Notes: generated from the letters alone by a model not told the origin. Counted from the first letter of the stretch, positions 1 through 13,400 are shown. The stretch is 64,000 nucleotides of DNA from Camelus ferus (GCF_009834535.1 NC_045697.1:2544001-2608000); one strand, 5' to 3'. A program made the numbers and translations.

Positions 1-10
1 GGAGAAAGGC

Positions 11-672
11 ACAGTGACATTTGTCCACCACTATAGTATCACACAGGATCGTTTCACTGCCCTCAAAATCCTCTGTGCCCCACCTCTTCACCCCTCCTCC
101 CAAATCCCTGACGACCACTGATCTTGGCACTGTCTCTGTGGTTTTTGCCTTTTCCAGAATGCCACAGGGCTGGAATCAGATAGTCTGCTGTCATTCGAGA
201 CCAGCCCCTTTCAGTTAGTAACATGCATTTAAGGTTCCTCCATACCTTTTCGTGGCTTGTTAGCTCGTTTCTCTTTAGAGCTGAATAATATTCTATTGTC
301 TGGATAGACCACATTTTTTTATCCATTCACCTCCCAAAGGGCATCTTGGTTGCTTCCAGCTTGCGGTGATTATGAATAAAGCTGCCGTGAACATTTGTGA
401 GCAGGTTATTATGTGCCCATGCATTTTCAATTCATTTTGGTAAAAACAAAGGAGCACCCTTGCTGGCTCGTATGGCAAGAGTATACTTAGTTTTGTAAGA
501 AACTGCCCAGCTCTCTTCCAAAGTGGCAGCAGCATCTCGCTTCCCCACCCGCAGTGATGAGAGCTCCTGCTGCCCCGTGTCCTCACCAGCACCTGGGGTC
601 AGCAGTGTTTTGGATCTTATTCTGGCAGGTGTGGAGCAGCCTCTCATCATGGTTTTGATGTACATGTCTCTG
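11..672 (-). mobile_element. Old LINE-1 (L1MC-like) fragment: ORF2 C-terminus and 3' UTR
   Basis: Minus-strand ORFs 63..326 (MWSIQTIEYYSALKRNEL) and 293..592 (PLWK...MFTAALFIIT..WKQPRCP..EWIKK) match decayed L1 ORF2 C-terminal motifs; 3' UTR motif 'tttcactgccctcaaaatcctctgtg'. Confidence 0.9.
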
Positions 673-1689
673 ACGATGTATGAATTTGAAGCTGGCCCAG
701 GGGACAGGCAGCTGGATAACCCTCTGGATAAAGAGTGGAGCTAACTCAGCATCCCTCCTGCCCCTCCTCCTCCACCCACCGCTCAGGTCCCCCCTCTTCC
801 GGCCTGCCCACTCTTCCCAGCCACCTGAATTATCTCCCCGCCCCTCCATGCCTGCCTCCACCCCCGCCAGTCCTCCACGGGGCAGCCAGAGTGACCACTA
901 AACCCAACCCCGCCTGGCTGGCACGCTCCGCAGCCCCCATGCCATCCTCTGTTCTTGCTTCTCAGACAGACCAGCAGCACCTACCCGACTGCCCCTGCCT
1001 CCCTCTCCAGTCAGGAGGGGGATGGAGACCCAAGGCTGGGCTCCCCAGAAGGAGCTGAGGGTAAGGGGTTGATTGGGGGTGCAGGGCACACCAGCAGGGG
1101 ATGTGGGGAAGTGAGGCAGGCGGAGGGTGGCGAAGCCAGTTACCCCTGGCCAAGGATCCATCCTGCCCCGGGACCCTCCCACACTGCGGGGTTGTCCCAC
1201 CAAGGGCCAGGGAGCCCGTCTCCACCCCAGCTCTCCAGGCATTGGCTCAAGGCTACTGGGGGGGCAGTTGATTCTCACACCACTCTGCAGGTAAAGAGAC
1301 CCCAAGGACTGGGAAACTGACCACAAACTGGGAAGAGCTGAGACCAGGGGACGGGCAGGGCCCCAAAAGTATGGGTGGCAAAGCTGGCCTGGGTTAAGGA
1401 GTGAGGTTCAAAAGCGGCAGCCCGGGAGGACTGAGCAGGCTGGGCTGACTGGCAGGGAGCACAGAAGGAGCGGGGACAAGGACTGTGTCCCTGTGGCCTT
1501 GGTCTTCCTGCAGTGCCCACCTTCCTTCCCCCGTCCTCTCCGGGGCTGCTCCACCATCCTGCACAAGGAACAGGCCACCTGGGAGTCAGAGGGGCACAGG
1601 CCTTCTCAGAACTGGCCGAGCGCTCATTTTCGGGCCACCAGAATCCAGTGAAATGCCACATCTGCTCATCTCTTCTGGCAACCGGGACC

Positions 1690-1782
1690 AGCTGGGACCC
1701 TGTTAAAATGCGGATTCCGATTCCGCAGGTCTGGGTTGGGACCTGAGGTTCTGCATACTTGACAAGCACAGGGGATGCCCAA
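1690..1782. mobile_element. MER5-like hAT-Charlie DNA transposon fragment
   Basis: 'tgttaaaatgcggattccgattccgcaggtctgggttgggacctgaggttctgcat...acaagc' resembles the MER5A/B core. Confidence 0.75.
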
Positions 1783-1904
1783 GTTTTGGCGCAGGGCCCG
1801 TCCTTCGGGAAGCCAGCCGATAGCATTCCGTTGTGGGCTCCAGATAGCCAGACATGCGTTCTGAGATGTTACCCTCTAGAAGCAGCTCTGATTTCTCTTT
1901 CTGG

Positions 1905-2200
1905 CTCCAGAACAAACTGGTTGTGTGACTTTGGGAAAGTTGTTGACCCTCTCTGGTCTGCAGCCTGGCGATATGAAAAATGGGGCTGGGACTAAGCCGT
2001 GAGAATCCTACAATTCGAACGACAGGGACAACGTCTTCAGCCTCTCCCTTGCGTCAGGCAACACTCATTTATGACCCCAAATTGAGAAAATATTATTCCC
2101 ACTTTATAAATGGGAAAACTGAGGCTCAGAGAGGTGCGGTCCTCTGCGGAGAATTATCACCCAGTTTGGCAGCAGGGCTGAGCCCGCTTGGGACCAGAGT
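1905..2200. mobile_element. Two MIR SINE fragments in opposite orientation (~1905-1990 plus, ~2060-2200 minus)
   Basis: 'tgtgtgactttgggaaagttg' and 'cccactttataaatgggaaaactgaggctcagagagg' are MIR core motifs. Confidence 0.75.
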
Positions 2201-2259
2201 CTGCCCGCTACAAAGCCTTGTGTCTTCTACATCCAGCCAACTGCTGTGTTACCTCGGGG

Positions 2260-3130
2260 AATAAAATAAAACTTTCTCACAATGAGACATGAAATGTGAA
2301 AGGGGCTTGAATTTCTTAATCCAGAGAACAATCATCGCTTGGGCAAAGGCATTTGTGGTCTTTCAGGGTTTCCTCCAAAGTATCTTTTTTTGTAAATTAA
2401 TGAGAAAAATTCATTTTATGTAGCAGAAGGAGGTGAGCCTGGAAACAATAAAATCGGCATTCTCATAATTAGCCCTTAAACTGCTCCTCGGGATAAACGT
2501 TTCCTCTGGTGCAAGCTCCATCTTGCCTGTTGCACGTTCTCACTACACAAATCTGAACCATTTTTGACAAGATTTTTGAGTTTTGTCAGATGTGAATTGT
2601 TAAGATTTAATTGAAAAAATGAACAGAACGCAGCCCGTATTTCAAAGGGAGTGACCCAGAACCAATTAGAATTTAGCAACAATTGACCATTCAGCACTGA
2701 AATCCACGTTGGGAGAAGCAGATTAAAGCCACTTTAATTCCACCCCCCGCCCCCCCGCTCCTGAACGCAAAATATCATTAGTGGGCAATTTCCCTGCCAT
2801 TTTTTCCAATCAATTTTCCTGGTTTTAGAAGTTGAAGTTCAACCGGCGGGGACTGTGCGACGGAGGATGCTGGCCGATTATCTCCTGCGCTGAGATGATA
2901 CACAATATAGGTTACCGGCTTGAAAAAACAGGTCAGGCCGAGCAACATTCCTCGTCAAATTGCTGCTGACAGCCCAAACAGGAGACCGGGAAGCGCCACA
3001 GAAAAGGCCTTTCATCTGAAGACAACACAGCGAATAATTGGTCATTCTTTCCTCCTTTTGCCTCTCCTTCTCAGCTGGGGGAAAGTTCCCAAACGAAGCC
3101 AGGGCTTCCTCCGGCAACTTCTTAATCCCT
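2260..3130. promoter_or_regulatory. Candidate conserved non-coding element / enhancer
   Basis: AT-rich, repeat-free block in a GC-rich background, with TAATTA (2466), TTCAAAGG TCF/LEF-like (2641) and the inverted repeat ATTAAAG-cca-CTTTAAT (2722-2738). Conservation not tested. Confidence 0.5.
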
Positions 3131-5014
3131 TCTGGCAGATGCTCTCAGGGAAGTGTCAGCTGAGAGAGCGCGGCTGGGCGCTGCGGGCGCTGCGCCTGGC
3201 GCGTAGTAGGTGCTTATTTGGGGATCCGGGGCGGGCCGGCCTGGAAACGGATGAATGACTGAGAGTCATTCAGTAGCTTCTGGCCAGCAGCTCTGTTCAC
3301 GGCACAAGGTCCGTCAGAGCTGGTCCGTGCGGGGCCGCTTTTCTGACCTGGTCCAGCCCTCCTGTGCAGACAGAGTCCCACTTGGGCTCCAGAAGCTGCC
3401 AATGCACCCTCATTTGCACAATATACTCTTGCTCCCCGGGGCTTTCCAGGGTCTTCTCCTCCTCTGGCTCCAGGACTGGGCCCACCTTCTCTGCCAACTC
3501 CCAGCAACCCCCCTCCCCCCGGTTTACTGAGCACGTCCTGGCTGCCGGATGCTGTAGGGCTTGGTCTCACACTCATGACAGACGGAGGAGGAAAGTGAGG
3601 CTTGGGAAGCCCAGCTGGGGCTGGCTGAGCAGGGCCCGGGACCTGGGGGCCGGATGCCCCAGGAGCGTGTCTGTGGTACTGGGGTTCCGCCTGGCCCCAC
3701 CAGCCCTCTGATTCATTCTCCATCGCTGGGTCTGAGAGCTTCCAGAAGCAGGACCATGCCCAGGCCCTTGTCTGTCCAGTCCCAGTGGGACTGAGAGAGT
3801 CAGAGCGCAGAAGCAAGGCTCACTCTGCACCTGACGTTTGCACGATGAGCCGCCGACGCAAACACCGAGGGTTTACGCCCTGCGCTCACCATTCACTGCT
3901 ACCTTTAAGGTGGGCTTGAGCAGCTGTCCCGGGACCGGTGATGCCCAGCACCTCCGTGTCACCGCTGCCCCAGACTCCTTTTGGAAATCTTTCTTTTCAT
4001 TTCCAGAAGTCAAGGGAGCCCTCAATGCTTTGAGAATTATCAAAGTACAAACATACAAAAGCAAACATAGCAGCCCAGGAGGTTTAGACTACAAAGGCGC
4101 CTTCAGGGCAACTTGAGTCTTCAGTCTCAGGTCTTCAGTATCTGGATCTGGGTCCCCAGAAGCAGAGACACTGACTGGTGGACACGTACTTACAAGGAGG
4201 GGTCCTGGGAAGCAGGGGGAGGGGGAGGGCAGGAAGCCCACAAGTGCTGAGCCACGGGACGGGCCTCCACGTGGCGAACAGGAAGAGTCCCGTCAGACCA
4301 CTGACCTCTGCGGGCGTGGCTTGGGGGCTCCTCCGGGTGGGCGGGAGGTGTGCTTGACTCCCTGGCACTTCTGGCTGCACAGGGACAGAGGAAAATCTGG
4401 CAGTCAGGGAGAATGCCCAGGCACAGGGGTGTGGCTGCTGGCAGCTGGCAGCCAGGGCACCGAGGCAGCTGCTGCAGTGGGAGCTTCGGGCCCGCTGAGC
4501 GTGGGAACACCCTTCGGCTCGGAGGGGCTGGCAGGTGCGGGTCTGCCACTCTCGGCTGCCGGGCCTTGGGCCGGTCGCCGCCCCTCTCTGAGTCTGTGCG
4601 GTGGGAAGAACAGTGCTCCCTCTGAGGTTTGTTGTGAGGCCCACCCAGTCCCTGTGGGTAGAGGGCCAGCTTCTGCAAGGGACGCCGCTGAGAGCACCTC
4701 CGCGTGGAGCAGCCATAGGTGGGTCAGGGTCGGGGCTGGCTCAGGAGCCTTGCCCCACTGAAAGGCAGCTCACAGACTCTCTGGGTACCTTAAAGTTACG
4801 CAGAGACTGAGGGAGATTAGATAGGGCCTGGGGATGCTCCCAGGGTGCAGAGTGAGGCCCCAGCAGGAACCTGCCCTTGTCCCCTAGGGGAGGGAGCTCT
4901 GGGACCTGGAAGCACTGTGTCTGGGGAGAGGGGACATGTACATCCTGTGTGGCCCTGAGGACTGCAGGGGAGATATGTGTTTCACCTGCTGATGGTGGAA
5001 GCAGGATGCTCTGA

Positions 5015-5190
5015 GATGTAGTGAGCTCTCCGTCCCTGGAGGTGTGTAAGGGGCTGAGTGTCAGTGTTAAATTTTCTCAGTTGTGTGTGGAGCTCTGAGC
5101 TCTGGATGGTGGTGGTGGTGGTGGTGTTTGGGGATGGCTGGGTAGAATGCCTTTTAAGATCTCTTCCACCCCAGAGAGTTTAGAATTCCA
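5015..5190 (+). mobile_element. MIR3/MIR-like fragment containing a short (TGG)n tract at ~5107-5126
   Basis: 'gtagtgagctctccgtccctggaggtgtgtaag' and 'ttttaagatctcttccacccc...tttagaattc' resemble the MIR3 3' region. Confidence 0.5.
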
Positions 5191-6679
5191 TTTGTCTGTT
5201 CAGGGGCCAAGCAGTGCAAACATGCTCCTCATTTGATGCATTGCATCCGTGACTCCTCGAGGCTCCCCAGATAGAGTTCTGTAGCCTGGGCCTGGTCTGA
5301 ATTAGTGGGACGTATAGGGGGAGATTCTGGCTTTAGCCTGAATGATCCACTGAGTGCTGACCTGGAGTCTGATGGGAGAGGAGGAGCCGCGAGTTGGTGG
5401 AGTGCCCTGGGCCTCAGATTGGTACAAACGCAGAGGGCAGTCTGCCCTGGCTTGGGGGACCCTGTGGAGGGGGGCACCTGCGAGAGTCTAACCCAGCGGC
5501 AGCTCATGCTTGCCTGGGTGCCCTGGGCATAAATCCTGCAGGATGGGCCCAGGCGAGAAGGAGCCATGAGAAAACCCAGCTGCTGGCCGTCTGAGCACCT
5601 CCTGTCTGGCTTTGGCCGTGATGCATCTGAGCTCCAGGGCTGGGAGTTCAAGTCCTGCCTCCACTTTTTGTGTCAGTCCCCAAACCTCCCTGAGCCTCCT
5701 GCCTTCCCCGTGCAGTGCGACACCCTCAGTCTCCCCTCTTCCAGGGGAGCGTATTCGGGGCTGAGGAGTTCCAGGCCGGCTACTTCTGGAGAGATGCACC
5801 CAAGGCCACACTCAGCTGGGGTCCTCCTGCTGCTCCTTGGGCTCAGCTGAGTGTTTTCTGGACGCATGGCCAAGGGGCCCCGTGGCACCGTCACTCCCTG
5901 TCCCTCTTTTATTGGCCAGTGTTGTACCGTCACTGCATTTGCAGCAGGAGACCCAGGTGAAGCGGGGAGGTGCCAGGCCCTGGGAACCCCGGGGGGGGGG
6001 AAGGCTGGTGTCAGGCAGCAGAGGCCCGTGGGCCCTGGAGGTTTCTGGCGGTGAAGAAATGACGCCATCCTTCATCATTCATTCACTCGCTCAGCAGACC
6101 CTGAGCGCTCCCGGGCGGAGCTCAGAATCGACACAGTAACGGACACTAACTGGTACAGCTGATCCTTGTTAAGCACGAAATAGCTGATAAGGCCTCCCAA
6201 CGGCGAGTTTCCTGGGTCTTCACCTGATTCCCGCGTCATCTCCAAGACGTGTTTCCGTCTGCAGCACCTGGGCTCCGACAGCAGTAGGTGCGGTTACACC
6301 CGCTGACTTTGTCCGGTTCACCTTTCAAAATCTAACAATAGGCAATGCACATCCTTACAGATTGATAATGATGATTCCACATGAGTTCTGCCCAGGGTGA
6401 CAGCTGTTCTTGGAGCCCCTCTGTGCCCAGTGCCAGGCCAGGGGCTGGACAGGCGGAGGTGACCTCCCCATGCTAGTCCTGCAGGGCCCAGAGCGTGGGG
6501 CCACCAGGACTGAGAGCTGACCCTCAGATGCTCCTCCTGGCTGTCCACCTTCTCCTCCTCTTCACAGAATTCAGATGAAGGAGCCCAGCACACTCATCTA
6601 CAGACAGACAGCGGGTCCCAGCCAGGGGGCGGCCCCCAGTACCTGCAGGCATCTGGCCAAAGCACTAGAGTCAAAGCTG

Positions 6680-6830
6680 AGGCTCAAATGTGGACGTCAT
6701 CCCTTGCTTGCAGTGGGCCCTTAAGCTCCCTTGGCCTCAGTTTACCCATCTGTAAAGTGGAGATAAGAATTTTGCCTTCTGGGCTTTCAAGAGGATTCAA
6801 TGAGTTAATTGTGCCTAGCAGAATGAATTT
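6680..6830 (+). mobile_element. MIR SINE fragment
   Basis: MIR core 'ggcctcagtttacccatctgtaaagtggagataa...gaggattcaatgagttaat'. Confidence 0.8.
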
Positions 6831-7149
6831 TTTAGCCTAATTAGACAAGGAGACTGAGGGGTGCAGAGGCAGAGCTTAGAGACCAGGTGTCCCAGCTTCC
6901 AGGCTCAGGGCTCTGCCCTGGAAACCCACACAAGGGGGCGAGTTTTCAAGGCGGGAGCATCTCGGTGGACTCTGCCCACCCCCACCCCCAGCTTCTGCGA
7001 GGATCCGACCCTCCTGTCTCCTTAGGGCGGCGGGGGTTGTGGGGGGGAGAAGAAAGGCTGAAACCGTATCCTCTGTCGACTTGGGGTCAGAGGATCAGAC
7101 CCCCACGTGTTCTCCACCGTCAAAGCCCCTGCAGGATTTTCTTGAAGTT

Positions 7150-7660
7150 CAGTTTCATATCATATGGCTGAACATTTGGAACTTTTTAAACGGAAATTGT
7201 AGAAAAAAATGACAAGTATTTTAGTCTCGGAACACAATACCTTCCTGGCAGGGAGCCATGAGAGAAAGCTCGACGCTGGAGAAAAAAATGGTCATAATTG
7301 TCAATCTGGATTAATCTAGGCGTTCTTCCGCTTAACCCTGGGTCGGGCTGAGCCGGCTAATCAGGGCGCGAGAGACACTGTCTCTTGTAACTGTACCAGG
7401 CCTCGGGTCTTCCCATCAGCTAACTTTCCCATCACATTTCTTTAATTATAAGCTCTGTTTAATGGAGCCACAGACGAGACTGAACCATTAGGAAAACGGG
7501 GAAGCCGTGGGCAGCTGCTCCAATCTCAGCAGCGGCGGCTGAGCGGGGGGCGGGGCGGACGAGGTCCCAGCACACGCACCCCGCACACAGGCATCCCAGG
7601 AAGAATTCAGTTAGCGCGGGGCGGGGGGGACGTGGGGGGACAGTCCCGTTAATGGCAGCG
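7150..7660. promoter_or_regulatory. Candidate conserved non-coding element / enhancer
   Basis: Repeat-free block with TAATTGTCA (7295), GGATTAATC (7308), TAATTA (7443), several TAATGG/CCATTA and retained CpGs. Confidence 0.55.
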
Positions 7661-10600
7661 CTGGCTTAGCAACTCCTCAGGCCCCCTGCAAGGGCACGGT
7701 CTACTCTCCATTTCACAGACCCTGAAACTGAAGTGCAGACAGGATGGAGCTGAGTCTTCTGGAACAAGTGGCTCCTGTCCCAGCCCTGGGAGCGACCTGC
7801 ACCTGCAGTGCCTTGCTGGCGCCTGCCTGCTGAGCTGGGGTGACAGGATGGGAAATGGCTACCGCTCTCCACCATGCTGGCCAGGGGATGAGGGGGTGCT
7901 CTGCACAGAGCTGGAGGCCCCTCTTTCTCCTTGACGACAGCCCCACTCCCATCCAGGCCAGTGTGGCTTTGCCTCCCCCAACTGTCTCTTCCTGTGCCCC
8001 TTCTCTACCCCCAGACCTTCATCCTCCCTGCCACACCCCTCTTGGAGCAGACAGGGGCCAGACTCCATCCTCTCTATATGCCTGTCAGACTCGCAGTGTC
8101 CTCCTGGGGCCGGGGGTGTCAGCATCCTGGGGGTCTGGGCCACAGGGAGGGGCAGAAACAAGCGGAGGGAGGAAATTTACACCAGAGACAGAGGAAGAGC
8201 ACGGGGCTGGGGGCCGCTGGGGGCCAGCTCTGGCCACGTGCGGTGGACTGTCCTGTGTGGCTCAGTGCCTCACCTGCGATGGGAGGGATTTGGCAGACGG
8301 GACCCCTGCCCCCCACCAGCATGCCCACCTTCTCCATGCTGTGGTGTCTGGACGCCAGCAGCCTCCACAGGTTTGTCAGCTTGCTCAGGCTCAGAGCAGC
8401 TTGGGGAGGCTGTGAGGGGCTGCAGGGCCCAGGGGAGAGCAGCCACCACCCTTGGCACTCTCCCTTTGGCAAGTGCTCCTTTCCCCGCTGAAGCCACCTC
8501 TACGCCAGCAACCTAGGCACGCTGGGGGCAACCCCCTCGCTTCACCAGCTCTCAGTGGATTCCTTTTAGGGAAAGCGTCTCGCCCATTCCCACACTCTAG
8601 ACACCGGGCTGTGGAAACCAAGTGGACCTCCATCCTGCCCCTGGAGAGCACCTAGGCCCAGGGAAGCCATTCATTGTCAACCAGGGGGGAATCCATCATT
8701 GCCAGTTGCAGCACAAAGTTGGGAAATCAACTCTAATGGGCACCCCCACAAAGGCTTCCCGGAGGCGGCGTCACTTCTGAGATTCTTAAAGGTGAATGGG
8801 AATTTGCTAGATGGGCAAGGTCCTGAGAGCAGTGGGAATAGAGAAACAAGAATGCCAAGCTGGCATGGCCCTCACGGAGACTCTTGGGGCAGGGGATGTG
8901 GTCAGAGGTGTGTCTGGGGCTGTCTCCCTAGGCCTTGGGTCCCTGGTTCAGGAAGGGGACTTTGTCCAGCAGGCAGCAGAGACCCAGGCAGGTTTTTGTG
9001 TGGCTGAGAAGCTCCCTGACAGCAGGTGGAGGCATGACTAGGGGCAAGGCTGGGACAGGTGAGCACTGAGGAGGTCCTCAGGGTTCCAGGGGACTGGGCT
9101 GGTGGTCACGGCAGGTAGCTCATGAGCCTGGGGGAGAGGGTGGGCAAGGTGGGGGACAGGAGGTTCAGAGGACTCGATGCCTGGTGGGCGGGCAGCAAAG
9201 GTGGCTTCTGTGTTCTTCGTATGGGTGACCAGATGGATTCAGTGTGGCAGCTACAGGACCAAATCACAGGGACCGTCAAAGATGCTCCATTCCCCAGAGT
9301 GGCCTCCAAGAACCTTGCACAGTCTTACAAGGGTGAGGGTGCACACTGCTCATGCCCCACCCCCCAGTGCATCACGCCTTGGCTGCTTCTGAAAGGAATG
9401 CCCTTTGGACATTTGCAGCCAAAGACCATGCACCCCAGGGTCCCTCATCAGTCCAGAGAGGGCACTGCAGAGGGAGGGCCAGCTGTGCCCCATGCCCAGC
9501 GACGCCGCTGAAAGGAATGATTAATGAACGCCTCCTGTCCTCAGAGCTCTCGGGTAAGCCAGCTCTGCAGACCCGTGTGAAAGGTGGCTCCTTGGAGTTT
9601 CCTTTTGACCTGGGCTTCCAAGCTCGGATTTCCAACCCAGGGCCCACTGGTGCTCTTTCTCGGTCCAGCCTCATGCTTCCGGATCCCCCCTCTCTGTTCT
9701 CTTGTCTGGCACCAGGTGCCCAGGCGGGGGCCCACACCTGCCCTCCTGGAACCTACACACACATTTCAATGTTTCTGGTTTTGTCTTAATTGTTCTGTTT
9801 CACTGAGCATACAGTCTTGTTTTGCGTTCAGTCACTTTGGAAAGAGGTGGGGAATAAATCCAAAATAATTGCGTCAAAAAGATGAGTGTTTTTGTGATGA
9901 ATTTCCTTCTACTTATGTTGGGGTGTCCACACTCCCCTCCTGGTTCTGGCTCTCTGAACTGTAGGATGTGTGCATGTGCCGCCCTGGGTCCTCCTTTCCC
10001 CGCCTTTCACTCAGCCCCTCCTCCCTCTCTCCATCGCCTGGCTCAGGTACTGGCGCTCTCAGCAGCCTTCCCTGACCACCGAGCCTAAGCATGGAAGTGG
10101 CAAAATATTCCAAGTTCCCCACGCTCTTCTGTATCTCGCTACAGTGTCCGTCGCATGACTTCGTAGCTCCTCCCTCTGCAGGTGGAGTCAAACTTCCCAC
10201 CTGGTAGCTGGAAGGTCTGAGACTACCTGGGGCCAGTGGGATACAGGGGAAGTGACGGCGCGTCACTCGCAGCAAGGCTTCGAGAGGGAGGGTGAGCTCT
10301 ACTCTGAGTCGTCAATATTTTCCTTTATGGTTTGTATTTTTTGTGTGTGTGCTATATTTAAAAATTCCTCCCTGCTCTGGGGTCATTAAGGTATCATTTT
10401 ATATTTTCTTCTAAAAGGTTTATAGTTCTTTTCACCTTGATGGCTTTAATCCGTTGGAAATTGATTTTTGTATATGGTGTGAGATAGGGATTCAATTGTC
10501 CATATGGAAAGCCCCTAATCGGTCCCAGTCAGAACCTGCTCTGGATGGTCCATTTCCCCTGATGATTTGTGTTCCTGTCCCTGTCAAAAGTCAAGTTCCC

Positions 10601-11319
10601 ATAGATGTGTTATTTCTGAGATTTCCAGGTTGTTTTCTGTCTTGACCCATTCCTACACTTTCCTAATTGCCATAATCTTAAAGCAATCCTTTCTATGTTT
10701 TATTTTCTAAAATTAAAAATAAAATGATCTTGATCCATTTCTCTTCCATTGTCTTTTCCAAAGCTCATGGAAAAAAAAAATCTGTTAGAATTTTTTATTC
10801 AAATTTCATTGACTCTATGGGCTAAGTTAGGGAGTATTGACATCTTTATGACCCGAGTCTTCATATCCATGTATTTGCTGTATTTTGTAACTTTTCCGAG
10901 TAAACAGCTTGCATAGTTCTAAAGATTATAGTTTTCAGTGCTCAAGATTGGGATTTTTTTCTCTAGTGGTTTTGTTATTGATTATTAGTGGCATCTGGGA
11001 ATTCTATAGTTTTTGTATCCAGCAAACTTGTTGATTAGTAGTTATGCCTGTATAATTATTTGTGCTATTTGTACCAGTTTGTTCATAGAGTATCTTGGAT
11101 TTTCTATGTGAACAACCACAGTATTTTCCAATGTTTGCCTCTTTGATTTTTCTCTTGTCCTATTGCATTGTCTAGATCCACCAGTACAATGTTGAACGTA
11201 AGTGATGATGAGAGCATCCTTGCCTTGATCTTGACTTTAATAAGGATTCTTGGAAAATGTATGGAAAATGACTAGTGTGTGACATTTACTCTGTTTTGGA
11301 TAGACAGTTTTTATTAGGT

Positions 11320-11757
11320 GTGGCAGAGCCCACTGATTGTCCCTGGTTACCCATTATCTCTCATTTTTTCCTTCTAGTAATAGAACTATTTTGGGTTTTA
11401 GCAGTGCACATGAATATCGGATGGAAACTATATTTTCCAGTCTCTGTGTGGCCAAATGACTAAGTCCTCATCAGCAGGTATGGGGAGAAGTGATGTATAC
11501 AAATTCCATGTCGCTTTGCCTTTATGTGGAAGTGATGGTGGTGCTGGTGAGCCTGCTTTGACCAGGTGGGTGGGGACCACATCCTGGGGCATGTGAACAG
11601 CACATAGGAGGTAGGAGGAGCCTGTGTGCCTGGGTGAGCTCCGGAGCAGAGCCACCTGCCTGACCAGCATTGTTCCATGTCACAGAAGCAGACCCCATCT
11701 TGTCCTACTGCTGGTTAGGTCCCTTTGTTTCTCAGCTTAGCCTGTACCTTGTCTAAA
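11320..11757 (+). mobile_element. MaLR LTR (MLT1I/J-like) nested in L1
   Basis: Starts 'tgtggcagag'; contains 'tattttccagtctc...gtggccaaatgactaagtcct', typical of old MLT1 LTRs. Confidence 0.6.
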
Positions 11758-11870
11758 TTTATCCAAATAAATCATTCTATTAATAATTTGTTATGAATTT
11801 TGAAAATGAAAAAATTAGTGAACAAATTCTATTGAATGCTTGTTGGTATCTATTAAGATGACCAAATTAG

Positions 11871-11977
11871 CTTTTTTCTTTTTTCTTTTCTTTTTTTTTT
11901 TATTGGAAGTGTTGGGGATTGAACCCAGGACCTCGTGCCTGCTAAGCATGCACTCTACCACTGAGCTATTCCTCCCC
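11871..11977 (-). mobile_element. tRNA-derived SINE, camelid Vic-1-like, full length
   Basis: Poly-T tail, then 'ggggattgaacccaggacctcgtgcctgctaagcatgcactctaccactgagcta' (antisense B and A boxes); TSD atgaccaaattag (11858) / atcaccaaattgg (11978). Confidence 0.85.
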
Positions 11978-13324
11978 ATCACCAAATTGGGTTTTATCAT
12001 TCCTCCTCCTTTCATCTCTTGATGTGCCATTGTTTATTATTAAATTTTTGAGTTAAGAACTCTCCTTACATTTGTGGGATAAACTAAAACGAGCTGTAGT
12101 TATTTTAATACACTGCTAGATTTGATTTGCAAGTCTTCCCCTAAAGAATTTTTTTTTTGCATCTATGTTTGTAATTGAAATTGGTGTAACATGCTTTTTA
12201 TGAATTGTCATTTAGCTTCAGGCATTAGGTTATACTACTCTCAGAAAACGAATTGTTTTCCCATTTCCCGCCCCCCACCCCCCATTCAACAAAGCCAGAT
12301 GCACATGCCAGGGAGCGTCTGTTCCCTGACTGTTTGATGGATCTCACTGTAACGCTGTTTGAGCTGGGTAGCTTTTATTTGTTGTGTGGAGGTGCACATT
12401 TTTGTCAGTCAGTTCAGTTTCTGCATTGATTATTGGTTTGTTCATGTCTTCTATTTCATCTTGAATTAATTTTGGCAATTAATTTATCTTCAGGAAAACT
12501 GACCACTATACTTACGTATAAAATGTATTGGTACACAGTTGATTGCAGTATCTAACAATTTCTAAATCTGTCCTGTATCTGCTATGTTTCCTCCTTGTTC
12601 CAATGTTATTTCTTTACAGCATTTTTTTTTCCTATTTGGTCTCGCTGGGAAGATTCCTATCTTACTTTCTCAGAAAACAGTGTTTTGCTTTTGTTGAACT
12701 TTTCTATGTTTCTTCATTTTCTTTTAATCAATTTGTTCTCAGCTTTACTTCTTTCCTTCTGTGTTCTTTAGAGTTATTGCCATTCTCCTGTTATTTCCTT
12801 GAGTTTAAAATGTAACATATTCATCTTCTGATTTTCTTGTTTTGCAATAAATGCATAGTTTACAAATATGCATTTGTGATCAATTTAAAAATTAATTTAG
12901 GTGCATCCCAGAAAACTTCTATGTCAAGCTTTTGTTTTCATTCAGCACTAATTCATAGTTTCTATTATAATTTCCTCTGTAACATACATTTTTTAGGAGT
13001 ATGTCTGAAGTTTCCAAATTTACGTGTACATACATTTAAATGGCTTGTGTTGTTGATTGCTAAATTAATTGCATTGCGGTCAAAGAACACAGTCTATATG
13101 AAACTTACTCTTTGAGATTTGTTGAGGTGCATTTTTTTGACCGGGAGGTTGTCAAGTTTTGTAAGTGTCTTACCTGTGTTTGAAAGAGCATTTAAACTCC
13201 CTTCAGAAGAAAACGTCACCCTAGAGGCCATGCCTGCCTGCGCCCACCCCTGGGCAGCACAAGGCACTTTGTGCCTTTGCGTATGTTTCCAAACAGCCCT
13301 GGGAGGGAAGGAGGGCAGAGGTTA

Positions 13325-13400
13325 GTTACCACATTTGACAGGAGAGGGACTGAAGCTCAGAGAGGGAAAGCAGTGTGTCTGAGGTCACACAGCAACTACG
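13325..13400 (-). mobile_element. MIR SINE fragment
   Basis: 'catttgacaggagagggactgaagctcagagaggg...tctgaggtcacacagc'. Confidence 0.7.

Larger units (their letters stand above)
10310..13190 (-). mobile_element. Ancient LINE-1 (L1ME/L1M-like) ORF2 remnant with nested insertions
   Basis: Abrupt T-rich block with antisense L1 motifs such as 'ttgatttttgtatatggtgtgagataggga', 'tatccagcaaacttgttga' and 'tccaccagtacaatgttgaa...gagagcatccttgccttg'. Confidence 0.85.

Noticed and set aside
11900..11977. tRNA gene-like A and B boxes (also at the other five SINE copies)
   Set aside because: A-rich tails, TSDs and dispersed diverged copies show these are SINEs, not tRNA genes.
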